A DNA stretch of 32,000 nt, taken from assembly GCF_000039765.1 (NCBI RefSeq), contig NC_004459.3, forward strand, positions 60,001-92,000, written 5' to 3'. A model generated the notes under the pieces. The model was given only the letters and a program-made list of their open reading frames with translations, did no database searches and was not told the origin of the DNA. This DNA is from Vibrio vulnificus CMCP6 (lineage in GTDB: Bacteria > Pseudomonadota > Gammaproteobacteria > Enterobacterales > Vibrionaceae). Numbering within the stretch: the first letter of the stretch is position 1; every line of letters begins with the position of its first letter. Positions 1 through 8,550 of this stretch are shown here, piece by piece. Both the position numbers and the translations under genes were made by a program.

Positions 1-2
1 AC

Positions 3-623
3 GAGCTCAACAGCGCCAATGACAACCCAATCATCGATGGTGACAACGAACGTGTTTTACACGGCGGTCACTTCTATGGTGGTCACATTGCCATGGCAAT
101 GGACACACTGAAAACCGGTATTGCCAACCTCGCGGATCTGCTCGATCGTCAAATGGCACAATTGATGGATTACAAGTTCAACAATGGCTTACCATTTAAC
201 TTGAGCGGTGCCGAAGGGGAACGCAAGCCCATCAACCATGGCTTTAAAGCGGTGCAAATTGGTATTTCTGCCTGGACCGCAGAAGCGCTCAAGCACACCA
301 TGCCTGCCAGTGTATTCTCGCGCTCTACCGAGTGTCACAACCAAGACAAAGTGAGCATGGGGACTATCGCTGCCCGCGATTGTTTGCGAGTATTGGAACT
401 GACCGAACAGGTGGCAGCCGCGTCTCTACTTGCTGCAACGCAAGGGATCGAAATTCGCCGCCGTCGTGGTGAACTGGACGAAAACCACATGAGCGATCGC
501 CTAAAAGCCATCTGCAGCTCGGTACTCAATGAGTTTGAATTTGTCACTGAAGATCGCCCATTGGAAAAAGATCTACGCCAGTTCATCGCTCACATTCAAC
601 AGCGTCATTGGTCACTGTATTAA
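3..623 (+). CDS. aromatic amino-acid ammonia-lyase (HAL/PAL/TAL family), C-terminal part; 5' end outside window
   Basis: The frame is open from the window edge. The translation ELNSANDNPIIDG..HGGHFYGGHIAMAMD..SMGTIAARD matches conserved HAL/PAL core blocks. Stop TAA at 621-623. Confidence 0.85.
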   Translation, partial: ELNSANDNPIIDGDNERVLHGGHFYGGHIAMAMDTLKTGIANLADLLDRQMAQLMDYKFNNGLPFNLSGAEGERKPINHGFKAVQIGISAWTAEALKHTMPASVFSRSTECHNQDKVSMGTIAARDCLRVLELTEQVAAASLLAATQGIEIRRRRGELDENHMSDRLKAICSSVLNEFEFVTEDRPLEKDLRQFIAHIQQRHWSLY

Positions 624-631
624 GAGGTTCT

Positions 632-1078
632 ATGACAGACGTACTTTATCCACTAGAAGCTGAGGTAACTTTGGTGACCTCGTTTCAAGATGCCGACCCT
701 ATGGGGGTTATCTATCACGGTAATTACTTCCGATTTTTTGAAGAAGCAAGACGTGTGATGATGGAGAAAATCGATTATGGCTATCAACAAATGAGCGCGT
801 CAGGATTCATGTGGCCAGTGATTGATGTTCAGGTAAAGTACGTCCGAGCCATTCCTTTTAATCACGCAATTCGCGTCAAAGCGACGCTGAGCGAATGGGA
901 AAATCGCTTACGAGTGCATTATCAAATCTTTGATGCCGCCACTGGGCAACGCATGTGTAAAGCGCATACCACTCAGGTCGCCGTCAGCATTGAAGATCAA
1001 GAGATGCGATTAGCATCGCCCTCGGTGTTTCTCGAACGCGTCCATCAATGGCATCAAAACGGAGCGTACCTATGCTAA
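632..1078 (+). CDS. 4HBT/YbgC-type hotdog thioesterase (ApeK-like)
   Basis: ATG at 632 follows AAGAGG (622-627). The ~148-aa product has the 4HBT-like N-terminal motif DPMGVIYHGNYFRFFEEAR. The TTG at 608 in the ORF track is less likely. Confidence 0.75.
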   Translation: MTDVLYPLEAEVTLVTSFQDADPMGVIYHGNYFRFFEEARRVMMEKIDYGYQQMSASGFMWPVIDVQVKYVRAIPFNHAIRVKATLSEWENRLRVHYQIFDAATGQRMCKAHTTQVAVSIEDQEMRLASPSVFLERVHQWHQNGAYLC

Positions 1079-1704
1079 TGTCATGGCGACAACACACGCT
1101 CACTTTGTGGCTACTGGTTTGCACACTGTTTTCTCCGCTGAGCTGGGCCCAAGTGAGCAACCTAGATGAATTGCAAGCGCAGCTTTCCAAACACGATCTG
1201 GTGCGAGGCCAGTTCACCCAACAACGCCATTTGGAAATGTTTAACCAACCCTTGAGTTCTCAAGGGCAATTTGTGTTAGACAAAAGCCATGGTCTGTTGT
1301 GGCAACAACAAACCCCCTTCCCTGTGAATTTGGTTTTAACGCAAGACAAACTGCGACAAAATTTTGCTGGGCAAGCACCACAAGTGATCACGGCAGAGCA
1401 AAACCCAATGGCGTTTTACTTCAGCCGCATTTTTCTCTCCGTGTTTCATGGAGATACCTCCGCTTTGCAGCGCGAGTTCGAGTTGACGTTACACGTTGAC
1501 GACAATGGATGGCAGCTCGACCTGACACCGACGGCAGCCCCTTTAAATGCGGTATTCAGCAAAATTACCCTCAGAGGTAACGAAGAAATTGACCAACTGG
1601 AACTGGTGGAAAAACGTGGCGATCGCACCGATATTCAATTTTCACAGCAAACGCACACCCCAGAACAGTTGAGCGAAACGGAGCAAAAGCAGTTTGCGTT
1701 TTAA
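1072..1704 (+). CDS. LolA-like outer-membrane lipoprotein carrier family protein (ApeL-like), secreted
   Basis: ATG at 1072 follows GGAG and overlaps the upstream stop by 7 nt. Signal peptide MLMSWRQHTLTLWLLVCTLFSPLSWA. LolA-like body (FTQQRHL..SSQGQFVLDKSHGLLWQQQTPFP). Confidence 0.65.
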   Translation: MLMSWRQHTLTLWLLVCTLFSPLSWAQVSNLDELQAQLSKHDLVRGQFTQQRHLEMFNQPLSSQGQFVLDKSHGLLWQQQTPFPVNLVLTQDKLRQNFAGQAPQVITAEQNPMAFYFSRIFLSVFHGDTSALQREFELTLHVDDNGWQLDLTPTAAPLNAVFSKITLRGNEEIDQLELVEKRGDRTDIQFSQQTHTPEQLSETEQKQFAF

Positions 1705-4003
1705 ATCCCCGACGTTAGCCGTTAGCTGGCTTATGGCCGTGATCATGGCCGGTTTGTTGCTGAGCTATCTCTGGTTTGCGCAAGCAACGGCGCCAATCGA
1801 AACCGATATTTTAAAACTGCTGCCTAAAAATCAGCAAAATCCAGTAGCAGAACAAGCGTTTGAGCGCATTGCGGAGACGATGGGCAACAAGGTGATTTTT
1901 ATCGTATCGGGCGATGAGATCGATAAAGTTTACCAAGCAAGCGATGCGCTCACACAGCAGCTCACTCAAAGCGGTTATTTTGCCCAAGTGATGGGCCAAA
2001 TCCCTCAAGATACCCAGCAACAATGGGCGAAATATTACTTCGAACACCGTTTCCAATTTTTAACTGAGCAACAAAGAGAACGGCTCAGCCAACAACCGCA
2101 ACAGCAGGTGCAGCAGGTATTGCAAGCCCTCTACAACCCTTTTGCTGGTGTTACGGGGAGCGAGCTACAAAACGATCCTTTTCTGTTGTTTCGAGAGTAT
2201 TTGAACCAACTCTCGTCATTATCTGGCCAGTTCAAAGTTAAACATAACTATCTGAGTTTAGAAAAAGAGGGGCGCTTGTATGTGCTGATCAGCGCTGAGC
2301 TTCAAGACTCCCCATACAGCGTTGCGGCGCAGCGTTCAGTGTCAGAAATCTTACAGTGGGAAGCGCAAATTCATCAAACATTTGGCACTGAGATAGCCCA
2401 CACTGGGGTCTTGTTTTATGCTGATTTTGGTACCCAAAGCGCCAAGCAAGAAATCAGCACCATCGGTGTTGTTTCACTGCTGGGTATTGTGTTGCTCATC
2501 CTGCTGGTTTTTCGCAGTGTGACCCCATTGTTTCTGTCACTACTCTCGATTGGCATCGGACTTTTGATGGCACTCACCATCACCATTGCGATTTTTGGCA
2601 AAGTACATCTCTTTAGCTTGGTGTTTGGTGCCAGCTTAATCGGCGTCTCGATTGACTATGCTTTTCACTATCTGACCGACCGATTGGCGGCTGGTTCGCG
2701 TTGGAACGCCACAGCAGGGCTCAAGCATATCTTCACCGCAATCACCTTTGGCCTAGTGACAAGCTTAATTGGCTATTTGGGTCTCCTTATTGCCCCATTC
2801 CCGGGATTGCAACAATTGGCGCTGTTTTCCGCCACTGGCCTCATCGCCGCTTATCTCACTGTGGTGGCTTGGTATCCTTGGTTGGCCGTCAAACCCTCGG
2901 CAGATAGACCACTTCTCGGCTTGCCACTTTATCAACGCTGGCTAAGCGCGTGGCGAAAGCCCAAACTGGCGATTGGCTTGCCCGTGGCGATCGCCGTCAT
3001 CAGCGTCGCCGCCTTAACCCAAGTGCATTACGACGACGATATTCGCCAATTGCAGGCACTACCTGCCTCTCTCAAATCACAAGAAGCGCAGATCGCCCAA
3101 CTGACGGGGCTCCAATCCTCACAACAAATGTTGGTTGTCACCGCAGATAACGACTCCGCCTTGATGGAGCGCTTGGAACAGATCACCAAACTACTCGATG
3201 GTTGGCAGCAGCAAGGCGTGCTGGCGGGCTATCAGAGCCTGTCTCAATACCTGAGTTCAGAATCGCAGCAGCGGGCCGATTACCAACTCGTCGAAACCCT
3301 GTACCAAACTCAGGCGGCGCAACTGTCACGGACTCTTGGGTTACCCGCCACCGCAGAGCTCGACCAACCATTTGTGCCAATTTCGCTGCAAGACTACCTC
3401 AAGGCAGCCGTATCCGAACCTGTACGTTTCCTTGCTTTGGGCAAAGTGGACAACAAAACGGCCGCAGCCATTTTACTGAAAGATCTTCAGCAGCCCGAGG
3501 TCGTGATGACATTTGCACAGCAACACAGCGATGTCTCTTACCTCGATAAGGCACAAGAAATTTCGAGCTTGTTCAATCAGTATCGCGTCAAAGTAATGGA
3601 GTTACTGGTTGCAGCTATGGCGGTGATTTTTGCTTTATTGTGCTGGCGTTATGGCTTCCGACACAGCCTAACCATGATGCTGCCTTGTGTTATCGCCTGT
3701 ATCGCAGGACTGGCGGTTTCTGTTGTCACCGGTTCAAGTTTGAACTTGTTTAGCTTACTGGCACTGGTACTGGTTATTGGTATCGGCATTGATTACACCT
3801 TGTTCTTTGCGGAGCAACAAGGCAGCCATAGCACGCTCCTCGCCGTCACCTTATCGGCCATCACCACTTTATTGTCGTTTGGTTTATTGGCCTTGAGTGC
3901 CACGCATGCCATTCACAGCTTTGGGCTAACCGTGCTAAGCGGTATCTTTGTCGCTTGGTTGTTGGCACCGATGGCCATTCCCAATCAAGAGAAAAAACCA
4001 TGA
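1694..4003 (+). CDS. MMPL/RND-superfamily predicted exporter (ApeM-like)
   Basis: 769-aa ORF with two blocks of multiple hydrophobic helices separated by soluble domains, typical of MMPL-type exporters in APE clusters. The start is uncertain (TTG 1694 or ATG 1733). Confidence 0.8.
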   Translation: MRFKSPTLAVSWLMAVIMAGLLLSYLWFAQATAPIETDILKLLPKNQQNPVAEQAFERIAETMGNKVIFIVSGDEIDKVYQASDALTQQLTQSGYFAQVMGQIPQDTQQQWAKYYFEHRFQFLTEQQRERLSQQPQQQVQQVLQALYNPFAGVTGSELQNDPFLLFREYLNQLSSLSGQFKVKHNYLSLEKEGRLYVLISAELQDSPYSVAAQRSVSEILQWEAQIHQTFGTEIAHTGVLFYADFGTQSAKQEISTIGVVSLLGIVLLILLVFRSVTPLFLSLLSIGIGLLMALTITIAIFGKVHLFSLVFGASLIGVSIDYAFHYLTDRLAAGSRWNATAGLKHIFTAITFGLVTSLIGYLGLLIAPFPGLQQLALFSATGLIAAYLTVVAWYPWLAVKPSADRPLLGLPLYQRWLSAWRKPKLAIGLPVAIAVISVAALTQVHYDDDIRQLQALPASLKSQEAQIAQLTGLQSSQQMLVVTADNDSALMERLEQITKLLDGWQQQGVLAGYQSLSQYLSSESQQRADYQLVETLYQTQAAQLSRTLGLPATAELDQPFVPISLQDYLKAAVSEPVRFLALGKVDNKTAAAILLKDLQQPEVVMTFAQQHSDVSYLDKAQEISSLFNQYRVKVMELLVAAMAVIFALLCWRYGFRHSLTMMLPCVIACIAGLAVSVVTGSSLNLFSLLALVLVIGIGIDYTLFFAEQQGSHSTLLAVTLSAITTLLSFGLLALSATHAIHSFGLTVLSGIFVAWLLAPMAIPNQEKKP

Positions 4004-4608
4004 TAAGACAGCTTGTCCTCTGCCTGTTGTTGGCGCTCTCCATCACGGCATGCAGCATGCAACCTCGCATGCAAAGCACTCAAATTGAGATTGCCGATCA
4101 AACGTTTGTCACGCTCCCACAGCCGAGTGAGCTCGGCTTGGATGTGACGGCAAGCCAATTGATCACCGCGACATGGCAAACCGACACCGGCACACAAACT
4201 CAGCAATTGCCCGTCCAACTGCAAGTTGACCAAAACAAACTGGTTTTGGCTGGTTTTTCTTCGTGGGGAACACGTTTGTTGTCTCTCACCTACCAAGATA
4301 ATCATATTGAAACACAAGTATTGAATGGCTTAGAAAATACCCTACCTCAACCCGAGCAGGTACTTTTTAATCTGATGATCACGCTGTGGCCTGAACAAGC
4401 TTGGGAAGCGCCATTAAATCAGGTAAAGTGGCAACTCATTGACCGAGATAATCAGCGCACCATTATCGATAACCATGGCAACACGATCATTGTGATTGAT
4501 TACGAGCAAGGCCGAAGTTTTGCTGGCCCAATTCGTTTTCACTCGCTGTTAAACGACTATAAAATCGAGATTCAAACCCTGAATTATCAGTTATCGGACG
4601 CGAAATAG
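4000..4608 (+). CDS. small lipoprotein (DUF3261/ApeN-like)
   Basis: ATG at 4000 overlaps the upstream stop (ATGA). Lipobox LSITAC follows a hydrophobic leader (MIRQLVLCLLLALSITAC). The position matches the lipoprotein gene of APE clusters. Confidence 0.6.
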   Translation: MIRQLVLCLLLALSITACSMQPRMQSTQIEIADQTFVTLPQPSELGLDVTASQLITATWQTDTGTQTQQLPVQLQVDQNKLVLAGFSSWGTRLLSLTYQDNHIETQVLNGLENTLPQPEQVLFNLMITLWPEQAWEAPLNQVKWQLIDRDNQRTIIDNHGNTIIVIDYEQGRSFAGPIRFHSLLNDYKIEIQTLNYQLSDAK

Positions 4609-4617
4609 TAGAGCCAA

Positions 4618-5805
4618 ATGAATTCACACCTTTCTCAACCCATTTATATTCATGGCTGTGGCTTCCACTCAGCATTGGGGGCAACTGCAGAGCAGATCCA
4701 CCACGCACTGCAACATAATCACAGTGTGCAAATGCAGCAAGCCGTGGATCAACTCAACACTGGCACCGCCACCATCGTTGGTCGAGTGAGCGACACTTTG
4801 CCTGAGCTGCCATCATCGCTACGTGAATACGACTCAAGAAACAACCGTTTAGCCCTCTCAGCGCTGCAGCAAATTGAGCCCGCAATTCAAGAGGCCATTC
4901 GCCAATATGGCGCGAACCGCATCGCCGTGGTTATCGGCACCAGCACCTCCGGTATTGCCGACGGCGAAAACGCATTTGAGCAGAAGCTGTCACAAGAGCA
5001 CTTCCCGAGTGATTATCACTACCGCAAACAAGAGCTTGGCAACGTCAGCGACTTTATCGCCGATTACTTTCAGTTAACGGGACCTTGTTACGCGATTTCG
5101 ACGGCCTGTTCATCCAGCGGGCGTGTGTTCATTTCAGCAAAACGCCTCCTACTCAGTGGCATGGCCGATGCGGTGATCGTGGGGGGCGCAGATACACTCT
5201 GTCGCTTAACCTTAAATGGTTTTAATGGCTTAGAGGCCCTCTCAAATCAACATTGTCAGCCATTTAGTGCCGACAGAAGTGGCATTAATATTGGTGAAGG
5301 CGCCGCTTTTATGCTGCTCAGCAAAGCCCCTTCAGAGATCGCCCTACTCGGTTGTGGCGACAGCTCAGACGCACACCACATTTCCGCTCCACACCCTGAA
5401 GGTAATGGGGCTGAAGAGGCAATGGAAAAAGCGCTACTAGACGCCAATTTGAAACCAGAACAAATTGGCTACGTTAACGCCCATGGCACGGCAACTCCAC
5501 TCAACGACAGCATGGAAAGCAAAGCCATCTTTCGTCTTTTTGGCCAATCAGTGCCCGTCAGTTCAACCAAGCACCTAACAGGCCACACATTGGGCGCAGC
5601 CAGTGCCGTTGAAGCGGCCATTGCATGGCATATACTGAAATACAACTTAGATTTACCGCAACAAGGATGTCAGAACAAAGCGGATGACATAGAGGTCACG
5701 CTCGTCGAACAGCCAATGAAATTGGCACACAAGGCGATACTTAGCAACTCTTTCGCCTTTGGCGGAAATAACATCAGTCTGATATTTGGATATCCTCATG
5801 AATAA
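4618..5805 (+). CDS. beta-ketoacyl-ACP synthase (ApeO-like KS)
   Basis: Thiolase-fold KS with active-site Cys (AISTACSSS), His motifs (HHISAPHPEG, NAHGTATPLND) and a C-terminal NSFAFGGNN. Confidence 0.85.
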   Translation: MNSHLSQPIYIHGCGFHSALGATAEQIHHALQHNHSVQMQQAVDQLNTGTATIVGRVSDTLPELPSSLREYDSRNNRLALSALQQIEPAIQEAIRQYGANRIAVVIGTSTSGIADGENAFEQKLSQEHFPSDYHYRKQELGNVSDFIADYFQLTGPCYAISTACSSSGRVFISAKRLLLSGMADAVIVGGADTLCRLTLNGFNGLEALSNQHCQPFSADRSGINIGEGAAFMLLSKAPSEIALLGCGDSSDAHHISAPHPEGNGAEEAMEKALLDANLKPEQIGYVNAHGTATPLNDSMESKAIFRLFGQSVPVSSTKHLTGHTLGAASAVEAAIAWHILKYNLDLPQQGCQNKADDIEVTLVEQPMKLAHKAILSNSFAFGGNNISLIFGYPHE

Positions 5806-6262
5806 GCTGCCCAGCATTGAGACCTTGCTGCCCCACGACGCTCCGATGATCTTAATTGATCGGGCGATCAGCGTTGCGGAGGAGTCGATTCACTGTCAGG
5901 TAGACATTGGCCCTCACCTCGCCTTCTTCCATACTGAAACGCAAAGCGTACCGGGTTATGTGGGTATCGAGTTTATGGCGCAATCTATCGCGGCTTGGTC
6001 TGGCTATCATGCGCAGCAGAAAGGCCAAGAACCACCGATCGGTTTTCTCCTTGGTGGCAGGCGTTATCAAGCGATGTGCGATACCTTTCAGCTAGGGCAG
6101 ACACTCGATATCTACGCAGAGCAGTTGATGGAAGACAACGGCATGGCCGTGTTTACGGGTCGAATCGATATCTCAGGTGAGACAGTCGCAAAATGTCAGT
6201 TGAACGTTTATGTTCCAACGGAAGAAAAATTACAAGAAATGAAAATCAGGAGTCAAGAATGA
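5798..6262 (+). CDS. hotdog-fold 3-hydroxyacyl-ACP dehydratase (ApeP-like)
   Basis: ATG at 5798 overlaps the KS stop by 8 nt. FabA/FabZ-like hotdog signature (PHDAPMILIDR...GYVGIEFMAQS). The ORF-track TTG at 5786 is less likely. Confidence 0.7.
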   Translation: MNKLPSIETLLPHDAPMILIDRAISVAEESIHCQVDIGPHLAFFHTETQSVPGYVGIEFMAQSIAAWSGYHAQQKGQEPPIGFLLGGRRYQAMCDTFQLGQTLDIYAEQLMEDNGMAVFTGRIDISGETVAKCQLNVYVPTEEKLQEMKIRSQE

Positions 6263-6984
6263 CCCGTCAAGTGTTAGTCACAGGGGCCAGTAAAGGCATC
6301 GGCAAAGCCATCGCCATTCAATTAGCGAAAGATGGCTTTACCATCGTCGTTCACTACATGGGCGATAAGCAAGGTGCCGAGCAAACATTGGCCATGATTG
6401 AACAAAACGGTGGCAGTGGCCGTTTAATTCAGTTTGATATTAGCCATCGTCAACAATGTCGTGAGCGTATTGAAGCCGACATCGCAGAGCACGGCGCATA
6501 CTACGGCGTGGTCAATAACGCGGGTATCACCAAAGACACCGCTTTCCCAGCGATGACCGAAGCAGAATGGGATGGCGTAATTCACACCAACCTCGACAGT
6601 TTTTATAACGTCTTACACCCTTGCGTGATGCCGATGGTGCAAAAACGCAAAGGTGGACGCATTGTTACTTTGGCCTCCGTCTCCGGATTAATGGGCAATC
6701 GAGGTCAAACCAACTACGCCGCTGCCAAAGCGGGGGTGATTGGCGCAACCAAATCATTGGCTCTCGAGCTGGCGAAACGCAAAATCACCGTGAACTGTGT
6801 CGCCCCTGGGCTGATTGATACAGGCATGGTGGATGAGCATGTCAAAGAGCACGCTTTACCTCAAGTACCGCTACGCCGCATGGGTGAGCCGGAAGAAGTG
6901 GCTGGCTTAGTCAGTTATTTGATGTCTGACATTGCAGGTTATGTCACTCGCCAAGTGATTTCGGTTAATGGAGGCCTAATATGA
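6259..6984 (+). CDS. 3-oxoacyl-ACP reductase, SDR family (FabG/ApeQ-like)
   Basis: ATG at 6259 in an ATGA overlap with the upstream stop, with AGGAG upstream. Contains TGASKGIGKAIA (Rossmann fold), NNAGI and the YAAAKAG catalytic Y-x3-K. Confidence 0.9.
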   Translation: MTRQVLVTGASKGIGKAIAIQLAKDGFTIVVHYMGDKQGAEQTLAMIEQNGGSGRLIQFDISHRQQCRERIEADIAEHGAYYGVVNNAGITKDTAFPAMTEAEWDGVIHTNLDSFYNVLHPCVMPMVQKRKGGRIVTLASVSGLMGNRGQTNYAAAKAGVIGATKSLALELAKRKITVNCVAPGLIDTGMVDEHVKEHALPQVPLRRMGEPEEVAGLVSYLMSDIAGYVTRQVISVNGGLI

Positions 6985-8210
6985 ATCGCAGAGTTGTTGT
7001 CACTGGTATGTCTGGTGTCACTGCATTTGGCAATGATTGGCAAAGTGTCGAGCCCAAATTACGCGCGCTAGAAAATGCCACTCAGTTTATGGAAAATTAC
7101 CAACAGTACGAAGGGTTGAACACAAAACTTGCCGCTCCCGTGGTCGATTTTGAGCTCCCTTCGCATTACAAACGCAAGCAAGTTCGCGGTATGGGCCGCG
7201 TCTCCAAATTAGCCACCGTGGCGACTGAAAACGCGCTACGCCAAGCAGGCTTAATTGGTGAAGACGTACTAACGAATGGCCAAACTGGCATTGCTTACGG
7301 TTCATCAACTGGCTCAACTGACGCCATAGGCGCATTTGGCGTGATGCTGAACGACAAAACCACCAAAGCGATCACCGCGACGACCTACGTTCAAATGATG
7401 CCGCACACCACCGCCGTCAATGTCGGGCTCTTTTTTGGCCTGCGTGGCCGCGTTATTCCGACCAGCAGCGCATGTACATCTGGCAGCCAAGCTATTGGTT
7501 ACGCCTATGAAGCGATCAAACACGGCTATCAAACCGTTATGGTGGCAGGGGGAGCAGAAGAGCTTTGCCCAACCGAATCAGCGGTATTCGATACCTTGTT
7601 TGCGACCAGCTTGAAAAATGATCAGCCGAAAACAACGCCAAGCCCTTACGACAAAGATCGTGATGGCCTCGTGATCGGTGAAGGCGCTGGCACGCTGGTG
7701 CTAGAAGAGTACGAACACGCCAAAGCACGCGGTGCGACAATCTACGCTGAGATCATCGGCTTTGCCAGCAACTGTGACGCGGCACATGTGACTCAGCCAC
7801 AGATGGAAACCATGCAGATCTGTATGGAAATGGCCCTGCAAAACGCGGATCTACATCCAAAACACATTGGCTATGTTTCTGCGCATGGCACTGCGACAGA
7901 CCGTGGTGACATTGCCGAAAGTAACGCGACGCAAAATGCCATTGGCAAGGTGCCAATCAGTTCATTAAAGAGCTATTTTGGCCACACATTGGGCGCATGC
8001 GGTGCCATCGAGGCATGGTTGAGTATTGAGATGATGAACAGTGGCTGGTTTAGCCCAACCCTGAATCTCACTAACCTAGACCCAGATTGTGGTGATCTGG
8101 ATTACATTGCTGGTGCTGGCCGCGAGATGGATATTGATTACATGATGAGCAATAACTTTGCGTTTGGCGGCATCAATACTTCCCTCATCTTTAAACGCGT
8201 TCGCGATTAG
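6981..8210 (+). CDS. beta-ketoacyl-ACP synthase II-like (FabF/ApeR-like KS)
   Basis: ATGA overlap with the reductase. Contains SSACTSGS (Cys), AAHVTQPQ and SAHGTATDRGD (His/His), and NNFAFGGINTSL. Confidence 0.9.
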   Translation: MNRRVVVTGMSGVTAFGNDWQSVEPKLRALENATQFMENYQQYEGLNTKLAAPVVDFELPSHYKRKQVRGMGRVSKLATVATENALRQAGLIGEDVLTNGQTGIAYGSSTGSTDAIGAFGVMLNDKTTKAITATTYVQMMPHTTAVNVGLFFGLRGRVIPTSSACTSGSQAIGYAYEAIKHGYQTVMVAGGAEELCPTESAVFDTLFATSLKNDQPKTTPSPYDKDRDGLVIGEGAGTLVLEEYEHAKARGATIYAEIIGFASNCDAAHVTQPQMETMQICMEMALQNADLHPKHIGYVSAHGTATDRGDIAESNATQNAIGKVPISSLKSYFGHTLGACGAIEAWLSIEMMNSGWFSPTLNLTNLDPDCGDLDYIAGAGREMDIDYMMSNNFAFGGINTSLIFKRVRD

Positions 8211-8217
8211 CGTACTC

Positions 8218-8243
8218 AACGGCTGCTTTAGGCAGCCGTTTTT
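8218..8243 (+). terminator. intrinsic terminator ending the APE operon
   Basis: AACGGCTGC (8218-8226) pairs with GCAGCCGTT (8232-8240) across a 5-nt loop and runs into TTTTT, 8 nt after the stop codon. Confidence 0.6.
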
Positions 8244-8330
8244 GATTCCGTTCCCCTCAAAAATCACTGCTGTTTTTTCACACAAACTGTTCATTCTGTC
8301 GCCTAGCTTTTATTGTTGATAAACAAAGTG

Positions 8331-8359
8331 TTGACGAGTCACCTCCTTACCATTACAGT
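8331..8359 (+). promoter_or_regulatory. candidate sigma70 promoter of tRNA-Pro
   Basis: TTGACG (8331-8336), 17-nt spacer, TACAGT (8354-8359). The tRNA 5' end lies 10 nt downstream. Confidence 0.4.
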
Positions 8360-8368
8360 AACTGCCAT

Positions 8369-8445
8369 CGGACTGTAGCGCAGCTTGGTAGCGCACCGTC
8401 ATGGGGTGTCGGGGGTCGGAGGTTCAAATCCTCTCAGTCCGACCA
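8369..8445 (+). tRNA. tRNA-Pro (anticodon GGG)
   Basis: 77 nt folding as a cloverleaf: acceptor CGGACTG/CAGTCCG, D arm GCGC..GCGC, anticodon loop ATGGGGT (GGG at 34-36, G37), T arm GGAGG TTCAAAT CCTCT, encoded CCA. From memory, identical to E. coli proL outside positions in the acceptor stem and one D-loop base. Confidence 0.95.
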
Positions 8446-8455
8446 TACACCTAAG

Positions 8456-8486
8456 GCCCGTAATTCAATGAGTTACGGGCTTTTTT
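8456..8486 (+). terminator. intrinsic terminator downstream of tRNA-Pro
   Basis: GCCCGTAA (8457-8464) pairs with TTACGGGC (8473-8480) and is followed by T6 (8481-8486). Confidence 0.6.
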
Positions 8487-8491
8487 ACACC

Positions 8492-8521
8492 CTAAGAAAA
8501 CCGCCTCAAAACAAGGCGGTT
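8492..8521 (-). terminator. intrinsic terminator downstream of int
   Basis: On the minus strand, AACCGCC (8521-8515) pairs with GGCGGTT (8505-8499) and is followed by TTTTCTT (8498-8492). Confidence 0.5.
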
Positions 8522-8550
8522 CCAAAATGGTTCCAAAACTGGTTCCAATA
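8518..8550. repeat. three tandem direct repeats GGTTCCAA (candidate integrase arm-type sites)
   Basis: GGTTCCAAAAT (8518-8528), GGTTCCAAAACT (8529-8540) and GGTTCCAATA (8541-8550) lie between the int stop and attL/tRNA. Confidence 0.4.
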
